A stretch of 64,000 bases of DNA from Massilia sp. PWRC2 (GCF_049896725.1 NZ_JAFCUW010000005.1:296515-360514); one strand, 5' to 3'; positions 38,171 through 46,722 are shown, counted from the first letter of the stretch. Notes: generated from the sequence alone by a model not told the origin. Numbers and translations: made by a program.

Positions 38171-39202
38171 TTAATTTTTCTCCATCGATGCATACGTATG
38201 ATCATCATTGTGGTTGCCGCTGTTGCTCGCAGCGGACAGCGGCCGGATGACGATGGCTGTCAGATTGTCCAAATGTAAATTGTCGGGTGGATGGTGGCCG
38301 AGCGCAGAAAACAGCCGCTCCACCATGGCGTTGGCGTCGGTTTCTCCCAGCAAGGCCGGCCAGCTGTTGACCCACGCTTGCGGCGCCGCGCACGACCAGA
38401 AGCCGTCGGTGGCCAGCAGATAACTGGCGTGCGCACGCAGTGTCAGCGCGCGGCGGTCGGGCAGGTGGCGCAAAAACGGCGGCAGCCGTTCGCTGCTGAG
38501 CGGATACAGACCGTCGGCCAGCGTCGACGGGTCGGCAAACGCGTTGCCCAGTACAAAAGCCTGGGCGATTTGCGGGCGGTGTTCGCCGTGCACCTGCTGC
38601 CACCATTCAGCGGCCTGCAGCACCCCGGCCATGGCAAATGCGGTGGCCGGCACATGGTCAACGGTGAGCACGCTGATGCTGTCGTGGCCCAGTTCATACA
38701 ACCGCGAGTCGCCCACGTGGTACAGCATGGGCGCCTGGCCGGGGGCGATTTCCAGCAGGGTGAGGGTGGTGCCGGGGCGCCGCGAGGGCGGCCGCACGGC
38801 GCCAGCCTGGCTGGCAAAATCGGCCTGCAGGCGGGTGTGCAGGGCGTCGAGGTCGGCGCACACCTCGGCCAGCGTCGACCATGCGGGCAGCGCCAGCAGG
38901 CCGGCGACGACCGCCTCGGCTGCCTCGCGGCCATGGCCGTGCCCCCCCATGCCGTCGAGCACCGCCACGCGCAGGTGGCCGGCCGGCCAGTTTGCCAGCT
39001 GGGTATCTTGCAGTTGCTGGCCGTGCAGAAAGCGGGCACGGCCGGTGGCGTCGATCAGCAGGAAATTGTCCTGGTTTTCAAGGGGCGTGGCAGGGTCGGC
39101 GCTGGCGCGCGAGGCGGCGGCGATGTCGAAGTGCTGACCAAAATCTAAGGGGGGTAAGGCAGGCATCGGGCTGTCCTGGAAGGCGAAGCCACAGCTTAAC
39201 AA
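38171..39202 (-). CDS. PP2C-family Ser/Thr protein phosphatase.
   Basis: PP2C motifs are present: VLDGMGGHGHGREAAE, and LTVDH.. / DG with metal-binding Asp residues. The start may instead be 39166 (MPALPPL). Confidence 0.85.
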   Translation of the reverse strand: MLSCGFAFQDSPMPALPPLDFGQHFDIAAASRASADPATPLENQDNFLLIDATGRARFLHGQQLQDTQLANWPAGHLRVAVLDGMGGHGHGREAAEAVVAGLLALPAWSTLAEVCADLDALHTRLQADFASQAGAVRPPSRRPGTTLTLLEIAPGQAPMLYHVGDSRLYELGHDSISVLTVDHVPATAFAMAGVLQAAEWWQQVHGEHRPQIAQAFVLGNAFADPSTLADGLYPLSSERLPPFLRHLPDRRALTLRAHASYLLATDGFWSCAAPQAWVNSWPALLGETDANAMVERLFSALGHHPPDNLHLDNLTAIVIRPLSAASNSGNHNDDHTYASMEKN

Positions 39203-39227
39203 GGATTGGTTCCTGCTAAAGGCCCGA

Positions 39228-40481
39228 TTAGAGGGGGTTTTCCCGCTTGCCCAGCCACAGCGCGATGGCGTTGACGATCACGCAGGCACCAGCAACTGCC
39301 AGCGCCGCCTGCACGCCGAGATGGTCGGCCAGGCGTCCCCACACCAGGCTGCCGACGGTATAGCCGCCGGCCATGACGAACAGGTAAATCGACAAGGTGC
39401 GCGCCCGTATGTGGATGGGGAATGAGGACTGCGCGGCAGCATTCAGGGTCGACACCACTGCCGACCAGGCCATGCCGCCACACAGCACCAGCGACAGCAG
39501 CACCGGTAGCGAGCGCACACAGGCCATGGCGATCAGCATCACGCCATAGACCAGCAGCGCGCAGCTGAGCAGGCAGCGGCGGTCGTAGCGGCAGCGCAGG
39601 CTGGGCAGCAGGAAGGCCGCCAGCACGGCGCCGCAACCGAGCGCGCCCATCAGGGTGCCGAACACGCTCGAATTCATGTGCAGCACGTCGCGTACGAATA
39701 CCGGCAGCAGGCTGGCAAAGGCGATCGTGGCAAAGAACACCGTGCACACGTTGCACAGGATGTGGCGGTAGCGCGGGCAGCCGAAGGCGCAGGCCAGGCC
39801 CGCCTTGAGGCTGTCGGCAAAGCCAATGCTGGCGATCACGGCCGGCCGGCCTTCGCGCCACCACGACCAGTACACCGTCAGCAAACCAATGAAGGAGATG
39901 GCATTGACGAAAAACAGCACGCCGGGGCCGATCCAGCTGAACAGCACGCCACCGAGGGCGGGACCGATGACGGCGGCGACGTTGTAGCTGAAGTTGTTGA
40001 GGGTGGCGGCCGCTTCCACTTCATCGGGCTCGACCAAGCCGGATATGGCCGCCTGCCAGGCCGGCCACATGAAAGCCGAACCGGCGCCCAGGCAAAACGT
40101 CAGCGCCAGCACCGGGCTGGCCGAGACGTGGCCGGTCAGCACCAGGCCGGCCAGGGTGCAGGCGCACAGGGCCATGAACAGATTGCAGTAAAACAGGAAG
40201 CGGGGGCGGTCGACGGCATCGGCCACCACCCCGGCGATCAGCGCGAACAGAAAGATCGGTACGTAACTGGCGGTCTGCACCAGCGAAGTGGTCGAGGCCG
40301 AATGCGACATCGAAGCGATCATCCAGGCCGAAGCGAAGGTCTGGATCCAAGAGCCGAGATTGGAGAGCAGGTTGGCGCACCACAGGTGGCGGTAACGCAC
40401 GTGGCGCAACGGCTGCGTCAGGGGGACCTTATGACGCACGGTACGCGCGGGCAGGGGGGCGGTGGCGCTGTCTTTGGACAT
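39228..40481 (-). CDS. MFS transporter.
   Basis: A 12-TM protein with an EntS/efflux-like N-terminus, starting at MSKDSAT. Confidence 0.85.
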   Translation of the reverse strand: MSKDSATAPLPARTVRHKVPLTQPLRHVRYRHLWCANLLSNLGSWIQTFASAWMIASMSHSASTTSLVQTASYVPIFLFALIAGVVADAVDRPRFLFYCNLFMALCACTLAGLVLTGHVSASPVLALTFCLGAGSAFMWPAWQAAISGLVEPDEVEAAATLNNFSYNVAAVIGPALGGVLFSWIGPGVLFFVNAISFIGLLTVYWSWWREGRPAVIASIGFADSLKAGLACAFGCPRYRHILCNVCTVFFATIAFASLLPVFVRDVLHMNSSVFGTLMGALGCGAVLAAFLLPSLRCRYDRRCLLSCALLVYGVMLIAMACVRSLPVLLSLVLCGGMAWSAVVSTLNAAAQSSFPIHIRARTLSIYLFVMAGGYTVGSLVWGRLADHLGVQAALAVAGACVIVNAIALWLGKRENPL

Positions 40482-40656
40482 GCACCCGAGTCTACGGTGC
40501 GGGCGCGACACTGGTCAATGCTTGATGGAATTAATTGTGACTGTCGGGTATGAACGTTGTAGCGCGGCCATGTCGAAACGCCATGCAGCTTGGCGTGCTG
40601 CTATCGAATAAACCAATCATATGAATGATAATGACCATGGCATGGCGGTGCGATCC

Positions 40657-41130
40657 TCAGCGTTGGCGCGCGTGCGCTTCTTCTGCGCGCCGCAACCACA
40701 GGCTGCTGACCCAGCCGTCGAGCTGGCGCTGGCCGATGCTGGCGCGCACCTGCCACCAGTCGCCTGCGCGCACGCCGGTGGTGGTGACCGTTGCGCCGGC
40801 CGGCACCAGCGCCAGGCGCGCGCCATCGATGCTGGCGCTGGCGCGCAGATTGAGGTCGTCGAAGGCGCGGTAGCTGGTGCGCTGATACGTCGGTGGCGTA
40901 CTCGCAGCGGCGCTGCGCGCGGCGGCTTGACCGGCCAGCTGTGCTGGCGCTGGCGCCGTGGTCGGTGGCGCCAGCGCCAGTAGCGCACTGCCGATGCCCC
41001 AGCTGCCCGCCGCCACCAGCGTGATCGCTTTCAGATTGGGGCGGCGCCACCAGTGTGCTGGCGTGCAGACCGAGGCCAGCGCCAATGTCAGCACGAAGGC
41101 GGCGGCGAAGATGGCAAACAGGTAGCCCAT
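40657..41130 (-). CDS. Membrane-anchored bacterial SH3 (SH3b) domain protein.
   Basis: An N-terminal TM is followed by an SH3_3-like segment (YRAFDDLNLRASASIDGARLALVPAGATVTTTGVRAGDWWQVRASIGQRQLDGWVSSLWL). Confidence 0.6.
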   Translation of the reverse strand: MGYLFAIFAAAFVLTLALASVCTPAHWWRRPNLKAITLVAAGSWGIGSALLALAPPTTAPAPAQLAGQAAARSAAASTPPTYQRTSYRAFDDLNLRASASIDGARLALVPAGATVTTTGVRAGDWWQVRASIGQRQLDGWVSSLWLRRAEEAHARQR

Positions 41131-41139
41131 GTGCCTGCC

Positions 41140-42753
41140 TCAGGCGTCGAAACGCAGCACGTAGTGACCGGCCACCAGGTGGTGCCCGGGCGGCAGCAGA
41201 TACGGCGCGGCGCCGTCGAGGGTGGCGACGAAATCTAGCCGGGCGTCGAGGTGATAGAGCGCCTGGGTGGCAGCGAGCCGGCCGATCTGAAAGCCGCCGG
41301 CGGTGGCCTCGAAACTGAAGGCATTGCGCGACAGGCCGATCCGGTCGGCGCTGGCGCTGTCATCGGTGAGCCCAGCGGCGCTGCGCACGAAACGGGGCGA
41401 GTCGAGCACGCGCAGGGCCGCCAGCATGGGGGCGCCACGGCCGAACACAAAGCGGGCGCCGCCGGGTACCGGTAATCCCGGCGGGTTCGACAGCCTGGGC
41501 TGCGCCGGCAAGATCAGCAGCGCGCAATAGCGCTCGGCCATGGCGGCGGCGACGCTGGCCAGGCCGATGCTGGCGCCATCCATCGGGCTGAAGCTCGACG
41601 GTACGCTGATCGCTTCGCGGCCGGCGGCGGTGATCGCCATCAGCGCATCGTTGCCATCGACGGCAAAGCGGATCACCGCTTCGACCCCGGGCGCGGCCAC
41701 CGCCAGCTGTTCGTCAAAACCAATTTCGAGGGCGGCGGCGCCGGTTTCGCGGTAGCGCGACAGGCGCGGCAGGGCCAGCGCGGCCAGCGTCACGCGCTGG
41801 CCGGCCAGCGGTGCATACGTGGCATCGGCGCTGTCAAGCGCGCCAGCGCCGCGCGCGGTCGCGGGCGCCGCCGCCAGTGGCAGCGCGGTGGCGTCGCTCG
41901 CTGCCGGTACCTCGGCGCTGCTCGCTGCCGCTGTCTCTGCGCCGCGCTGCTTCCAGACTGTGGCGGCACGCGCGGGCGCGCCTGCGCTGGCGGCGCTCGC
42001 AATCGGCGCACGCGCCGGCGCCGGCGCCCCCAGCCGGGTCACCTTGAGCAGCAGGCGGCGCGCCGGCGTCAAGCCAGCCTTCGAGCGGATTACGTAGTAG
42101 CCGCCCAGCGGATCGAAACTGCAGTCGAAGGCTTGCTTGGGCCGCACTTGCACTTCGAGGGGAGCGTCGGCGCCGTCGTTGATCAACAGGATGGCCGGTT
42201 CACCGTTGCTGCCACCGGCAGCATCGGCAGCATCGGCAGCATCGGTAGCAGCGGCACCCACCAGCGCCAGCCGCTGGTTCTGGTAGATCGGGCACCGTGT
42301 CTGCCAGATCGCGCTGTCGCTGGAGGTGGCGACCTGGTAGAGCACCGCTTCGCCGGCCGCTGGCAGATAGACGGCGTGGCCGAAGCGCACTTCGACCTGG
42401 CCCGCTGCGAGCGACTCGGCGCCGACGACGTCGTAGCGCACTTCGTCGTTGCCGAGCAGGTCGCCGAAATCCTTCTGGTGCAGCGCCGCTAGCGAAGCGG
42501 CCAGGTCGCGCACGCGCGCGCCGCGCGTGAGGTGGCGGTCATCGTCGACGTCGTCCTGCGGCAGCATCAGGGTGATGTGCGAAAAGCAGCGGGTGGCAGC
42601 GCGCCCGCGCTGCTCGCGTGGCGAGCGCTCGAGCAGGTCGCGCAGCAGCGGGCGGCGCGCAAACAGCGCCAGGCCGGGCGCCTGCCACAAGGCTTCGGCA
42701 TTAAAGACGTCGGCCACCTTGCCTAGCACTTCGTGTTGTACGTAGACGGGCAT
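41140..42753 (-). CDS. Hypothetical protein (537 aa) co-operonic with the FHA-SEDS gene, possibly with a degenerate FHA-like C-terminus.
   Basis: The proposed start MPVYVQHEVLGK at 42753 has the RBS GGAG upstream and overlaps the SEDS gene's 3' end. There is a 9-bp repeat encoding (DAA)n. The C-terminal FVFGRGA...LSRNAFSFE segment is FHA-like, but this is a weak call. Confidence 0.5.
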   Translation of the reverse strand: MPVYVQHEVLGKVADVFNAEALWQAPGLALFARRPLLRDLLERSPREQRGRAATRCFSHITLMLPQDDVDDDRHLTRGARVRDLAASLAALHQKDFGDLLGNDEVRYDVVGAESLAAGQVEVRFGHAVYLPAAGEAVLYQVATSSDSAIWQTRCPIYQNQRLALVGAAATDAADAADAAGGSNGEPAILLINDGADAPLEVQVRPKQAFDCSFDPLGGYYVIRSKAGLTPARRLLLKVTRLGAPAPARAPIASAASAGAPARAATVWKQRGAETAAASSAEVPAASDATALPLAAAPATARGAGALDSADATYAPLAGQRVTLAALALPRLSRYRETGAAALEIGFDEQLAVAAPGVEAVIRFAVDGNDALMAITAAGREAISVPSSFSPMDGASIGLASVAAAMAERYCALLILPAQPRLSNPPGLPVPGGARFVFGRGAPMLAALRVLDSPRFVRSAAGLTDDSASADRIGLSRNAFSFEATAGGFQIGRLAATQALYHLDARLDFVATLDGAAPYLLPPGHHLVAGHYVLRFDA

Positions 42754-45125
42754 GATTGCATCTCCTCGAAAGTTTGCGCGCTGATCGCAGTAAACGCTAG
42801 CAGGGGGCAGATGAAAAACAGCAGGTGGCTGCCGCCCGCCGACAGAAAGCTCATGGGCTGGCCCATGATGGGAAAGATCGATAGATTGGTGCCCCATGAC
42901 AGCAGCAGGTGACCGAGCACGAAGGCGGCGCCGCCGCACAGGGCAAAGCAGCAGAAGCGCCCCAGCCAGGCCTGGCGAAAGTCACGCGCTGCCTGCGCCG
43001 CCGCATGGGCGCGCGCCGCCACCTGCAGCACCCCAGTGAGGAACAGCGCCTGCAGCAGCCACAGGACGAGGGCCGCCGCCAGGCCGTGGCGGTAGAGGAA
43101 AAACGCCGGCGCGAAATCGTCCTGGACCTGGGGGATGCGCAGGGCGGCGCCGCCATCCTGGCCCAGGCTGGCCACGCCCAGCAGATGATCTTCACCCCAC
43201 CAGCCGCCGGCGGCAATCGCGCGCGCGCCTTGCAGCAGTTGCTGGCCCGTGTGCGGGTGGCTGGCCGGGTCGAGCCAGACCAGGAAGCGGTCGGCATAAA
43301 AACTCCAGCCGGCCACTTCGCCAGCGCCGGCGAGGCGCAGCCAGACGATGGCCGCCACAGCCGCCAGCGCCAGAGCGCCGATGGCCGCCACCGCCAGGCG
43401 GCTGCGCGCACTCAAGGCCCAGGCAAAGGCCAGCGCCGTGCTCCACACCAGCAGCAGGATCAGCGGCGAGTAATCATCGACTTCCAGCAGCGCCAGCATC
43501 AGCAGGGCGGCAAACAGCAGCGCCGGCGCCGCCAGCCGGCACCAGCGCCACAACGGGTGGCTGTGGACCGGCATGGCCACGGCCAGCGGCTGATACCAGC
43601 CCATGCCGATCGCCAGGCAGTGCGCCGCCAGCGCGCACAAGGCGAGCTTGGCCAGTTCGACCGGCTGCAGGTCGAATACCCCGGTTTCGTCACCGAACAG
43701 CACCTGGGCCGCCAGCGCCAGCAGGGCCACCCCGGCCAGCAGCAGCAGCAGCCATTCGAGGCGGCCCTGGCTGATCAAGCCCGGCCGGCCCAGCCAGCGC
43801 AGGCGCAGGTGGGCGCCCACCCCCAGGCCGATTGCCAGCAGGGCAGTGCTTTTCTGGTAGTGGCGCAGCCACGACGATTCTTGCGCCGCCAGTCCCAGGT
43901 CGAGCTGGGCCAGCAGACCGATGGCCAGCAGCAGCGCGGCGGCGGCGCTGGCCAGCTGCAGGCGTGCCGGCAGCAGCAGTAACGAAAACAGGGCGGCGCA
44001 GCCGAGCAGCACCGACCAGCCGACGCCGGGCGCCGTGCCGGCACGCTGCAGCAGCAGCGCGCCAAGGCCGGCGATGGCCAGCAGGGCGCTGGCGGCGGCG
44101 CCGCTGGCCAGCGCCAGGCTGGTGGCGCCCGCTTCGAACGGCCAGCGGCCACGCTGCCAGGCCTGCGCCAGCCACACCACCAAGGCGGCGCACAACGCTG
44201 CGGCAATACCCCAGGCGGACCCGCCCGGCAGCTGCCACAGCGTGCGCGTGCGCCATTGCCAGCGCACTGCTGACGGTAAGGGCGCGGCGCTGTCCTGTGC
44301 ATACAGGGCGACGTGGCCGAGCGGGCGCAAGCTCAGGGTGGCGCCATCGACATGGGCGGCAAAGCGGGTGTGGCCAGCGACGATCGACGTTACAGCATCG
44401 AGGCCGTCGGCGCCATCGAGCCACTGGCGCTGCTGCGCCAGGGCGAAGCTGGCGCCGCTGGCCGGCATCATGGTGACGCCGCTACCGGCCAGCAGCAGGC
44501 GGCCGTGGTCGATGGCCAGCCCGGCGAGCGCCGCGTCGATACCGGCGATACCGAGCCGGTTGCCGCAATACAGATTGCCGCCAAAGACCAGCGGCCGCGC
44601 CAGCGCCAGCGCCGCGGGCAGCAGCCGGTTCCACCAGCCTAGCGCCCGCGCTGCCAGCGTGGCGTCGGGGCAGGCTGGCTGGGCGGCACCGGCGCGCAGC
44701 AGTTGCGCACCATCGTACTGCCAGCTGCCGCCAGCGCCGTGAAAGCCGATGCTTTGTTCGCCGGCGTGGTCAACCACGAAGCGCGCCGTGCCCAGCGCAA
44801 AAGCGTCACCGGTTGCCAGCGCGATGGCGCCACTGCGCTGGTCGATGCCGCCGCGCTGGATCAGCAGCTGGCGGCTGGCGCTGGCGTTGGCCAGCGACCA
44901 GCGGCCGTCGGCGTCGCGCTGCAGATCGAGGTGGGCGCGGTCGGCCTGGGGCGCGGCCAGTTCGCGCGCGCCCAGCGTGAGCTGCTGGCCCGGCGCCAGG
45001 CGGATGTCGATGCGTTCGGGTGAGGCCAGCGCCGGCGTCCGGGCGAGCGTCAACCACTGCAGGGCGCACAGCAGCGCCAGCGCCAGGCCGACGACGGCCA
45101 GCCGTGCAGGTAGCGGGGCCTTCAT
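42723..45125 (-). CDS. SEDS-family (FtsW/RodA/SpoVE-like) peptidoglycan glycosyltransferase with an N-terminal FHA-like domain.
   Basis: The C-terminus carries the SEDS signature (IPQVQDDFAPAFF ... IFPIMGQPMSFLSAGGSHLLF). There are more than 10 TM segments. The N-terminal FHA-like segment after the first TM reads LTLGARE...AHLDLQRDADGRWSLANASASRQLLIQRGG...GDAFALGTARFVV. The ATG overlaps the stop of the upstream kinase gene. Confidence 0.78.
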   Translation of the reverse strand: MKAPLPARLAVVGLALALLCALQWLTLARTPALASPERIDIRLAPGQQLTLGARELAAPQADRAHLDLQRDADGRWSLANASASRQLLIQRGGIDQRSGAIALATGDAFALGTARFVVDHAGEQSIGFHGAGGSWQYDGAQLLRAGAAQPACPDATLAARALGWWNRLLPAALALARPLVFGGNLYCGNRLGIAGIDAALAGLAIDHGRLLLAGSGVTMMPASGASFALAQQRQWLDGADGLDAVTSIVAGHTRFAAHVDGATLSLRPLGHVALYAQDSAAPLPSAVRWQWRTRTLWQLPGGSAWGIAAALCAALVVWLAQAWQRGRWPFEAGATSLALASGAAASALLAIAGLGALLLQRAGTAPGVGWSVLLGCAALFSLLLLPARLQLASAAAALLLAIGLLAQLDLGLAAQESSWLRHYQKSTALLAIGLGVGAHLRLRWLGRPGLISQGRLEWLLLLLAGVALLALAAQVLFGDETGVFDLQPVELAKLALCALAAHCLAIGMGWYQPLAVAMPVHSHPLWRWCRLAAPALLFAALLMLALLEVDDYSPLILLLVWSTALAFAWALSARSRLAVAAIGALALAAVAAIVWLRLAGAGEVAGWSFYADRFLVWLDPASHPHTGQQLLQGARAIAAGGWWGEDHLLGVASLGQDGGAALRIPQVQDDFAPAFFLYRHGLAAALVLWLLQALFLTGVLQVAARAHAAAQAARDFRQAWLGRFCCFALCGGAAFVLGHLLLSWGTNLSIFPIMGQPMSFLSAGGSHLLFFICPLLAFTAISAQTFEEMQSCPSTYNTKC

Positions 45126-46105
45126 GCGATGGCCTGCTCGCGCGCCCGCCTGGCTGGCGCCATTGCGGCGGCCAGCAGGCGGGCAATCGCCAGCGCATGC
45201 GGCGGCCGCGCCGCTGGCTGCGGTGCCAGCAGGGTGCGCAGCAGCAGCAGCGCATGGCCAGCTGCGCCGCGTGCGGGCAAATCGTCACAGTGGCGCACGA
45301 ACAGCGCCGCTTCGTCATCGGCCAGGGTGTGGCAGGCTGCGGGCTGGTTTGCCAGACCGTGCTGCTGGCGCCAGGCCTGGGCCGCATCGATGCAAAAGCG
45401 CAGTGGCACGCCACCCGTGATCAGGTAGTACAACAGGGCGCCCAGCGTAAAATAATCGGTGGCGGCGCAGGTGACGTACCCGCTGCCGTCGTGGCCGGCC
45501 GTGGCCGCCCACAGCTGTTCCGGCGCCTGCCAGTGGGGAGTGCCGGCATAGGGATGGGGAGCGCGGTCGGCCAGCGCCCGGCTGGTACCGAAATCGGCCA
45601 GCTTGAGGGTGGTGTCGCGTGCGCCTCTGCTGAGCAACAGGTTCGAGGGTTTCAGGTCGAGGTGGCGGCGGCCGTACTGGTGCACCTTGGCCAGCGCCTG
45701 GTTGACCTGGCCGATCCACACCAGGGCCTGCAGCGGATCGACCGTGCTGCCGGCGGCGCGGCGGCATGCGACCCAGGCGCCAAGATCGCCGCCGAGCAGC
45801 TCGAGCGCCAGCACCGGCAGGCCGGCGTCGACGCCGCTGTCGAGCAGGCGCACGATGTGGCGGCCGTCCCACGGCGCCAGCTGGCGCAGGAAGGCCAGTT
45901 CGTCGTGGGCACCGTCGATCCAGCGCTGGCGCTGGTCAGGGACGGCCTGCACCATCTGCGCCTGGTTGACAAATTTGAGGGCCACCGCCGGCCCGGCCGG
46001 CAAGCGGGCGGCGCGCCATACCAGGCCGTAAGCGGAACTGGCCAGCGGCGCGTCGAGCCGGTAGCTGTGTGACGCCAGTGTAATAATGGTTCCTGCTGCC
46101 AGCAT
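45122..46105 (-). CDS. Hanks-type Ser/Thr protein kinase (no PASTA domains).
   Basis: The kinase motifs VALKFV, HLDLKPSNLLL, DFGTSRA and GTPHWQAPE are present. The start is MLAAGTII at 46105. Its stop overlaps the SEDS start (ATGA). Confidence 0.85.
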   Translation of the reverse strand: MLAAGTIITLASHSYRLDAPLASSAYGLVWRAARLPAGPAVALKFVNQAQMVQAVPDQRQRWIDGAHDELAFLRQLAPWDGRHIVRLLDSGVDAGLPVLALELLGGDLGAWVACRRAAGSTVDPLQALVWIGQVNQALAKVHQYGRRHLDLKPSNLLLSRGARDTTLKLADFGTSRALADRAPHPYAGTPHWQAPEQLWAATAGHDGSGYVTCAATDYFTLGALLYYLITGGVPLRFCIDAAQAWRQQHGLANQPAACHTLADDEAALFVRHCDDLPARGAAGHALLLLRTLLAPQPAARPPHALAIARLLAAAMAPARRAREQAIA

Positions 46106-46254
46106 GGCTTCCCGCTTCACGACCGGTTGTGGACACGGCGTGTGCCGTCCGCAAAGGCTTAGCAGGGGGCTGCAGCAATATCGGTCAGTAAAGCAACAAT
46201 GGGACAGGCGCGCGCCCATCCCATTGTTACTTCATTGCAGTGGCAGCCGGTCGA

Positions 46255-46722
46255 TCAGCGGTGATGACCGCCATGGCCCCAGCCGCCGTGGTGACCGCCG
46301 TAATAGCCGCCACCGCCGTAGCCGCCGCCCACATACACCACCGCCGATGGCTGGTTGTAGTAGTAGGTGGGTGCCGGCGCGTAATATACCGGCCGCTGTT
46401 CCACATAAACGGGGGCCGGCTCGTAATAGCGGGCGCGGTCATCGTAGTAGGCGCTGCGGTTGTCGACATAGCCGCCATTGCTGTAGCTTACGTTGCTGTA
46501 ACCACGGTTGTCATACCGGTCATTGGTCTGGATCGAATTACCCACCGCCGCGCCCAGCACGCCGCCGATCAGGGCGCCGTTGCGGTCATGGGTGCTGTTA
46601 CCGATGGCCGCGCCGATGACGGCGCCGGCGACCGTGTTAAAGCCACGGTCCTGGGCCATGGCCGTCGACGAGACGGCCGTTGCGGCCAAGAGCAGGGCGC
46701 CTACGAATTTTTTATTCAACAT
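46255..46722 (-). CDS. Glycine-zipper (Gly-zipper 2TM / outer-membrane-lipoprotein-like) secreted protein with a Gly/Tyr-rich tail.
   Basis: There is a signal peptide (MLNKKFVGALLLAATAVSSTAMA), followed by a glycine-zipper region (GAVIGAAIGN...GALIGGVLGAAVGN) and a GGGYGGGGYYGGHHGGWGHGGHH tail. Confidence 0.65.
   Translation of the reverse strand: MLNKKFVGALLLAATAVSSTAMAQDRGFNTVAGAVIGAAIGNSTHDRNGALIGGVLGAAVGNSIQTNDRYDNRGYSNVSYSNGGYVDNRSAYYDDRARYYEPAPVYVEQRPVYYAPAPTYYYNQPSAVVYVGGGYGGGGYYGGHHGGWGHGGHHR

Noticed and set aside
42909-44742. Several + strand ORFs (357 aa, 214 aa, 273 aa) inside the SEDS region.
   Set aside because: They are antisense shadows. The minus frame has multi-TM hydrophobic periodicity and the SEDS signature.
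36523-46105. Considered whether the FHA/PP2C/STK genes are a type VI secretion post-translational regulatory module (Fha/PppA/PpkA).
   Set aside because: No T6SS core genes (TssB/C, Hcp, VgrG, ClpV, TssM) occur anywhere in the 64 kb. The kinases are instead co-operonic with SEDS and PBP-like genes.
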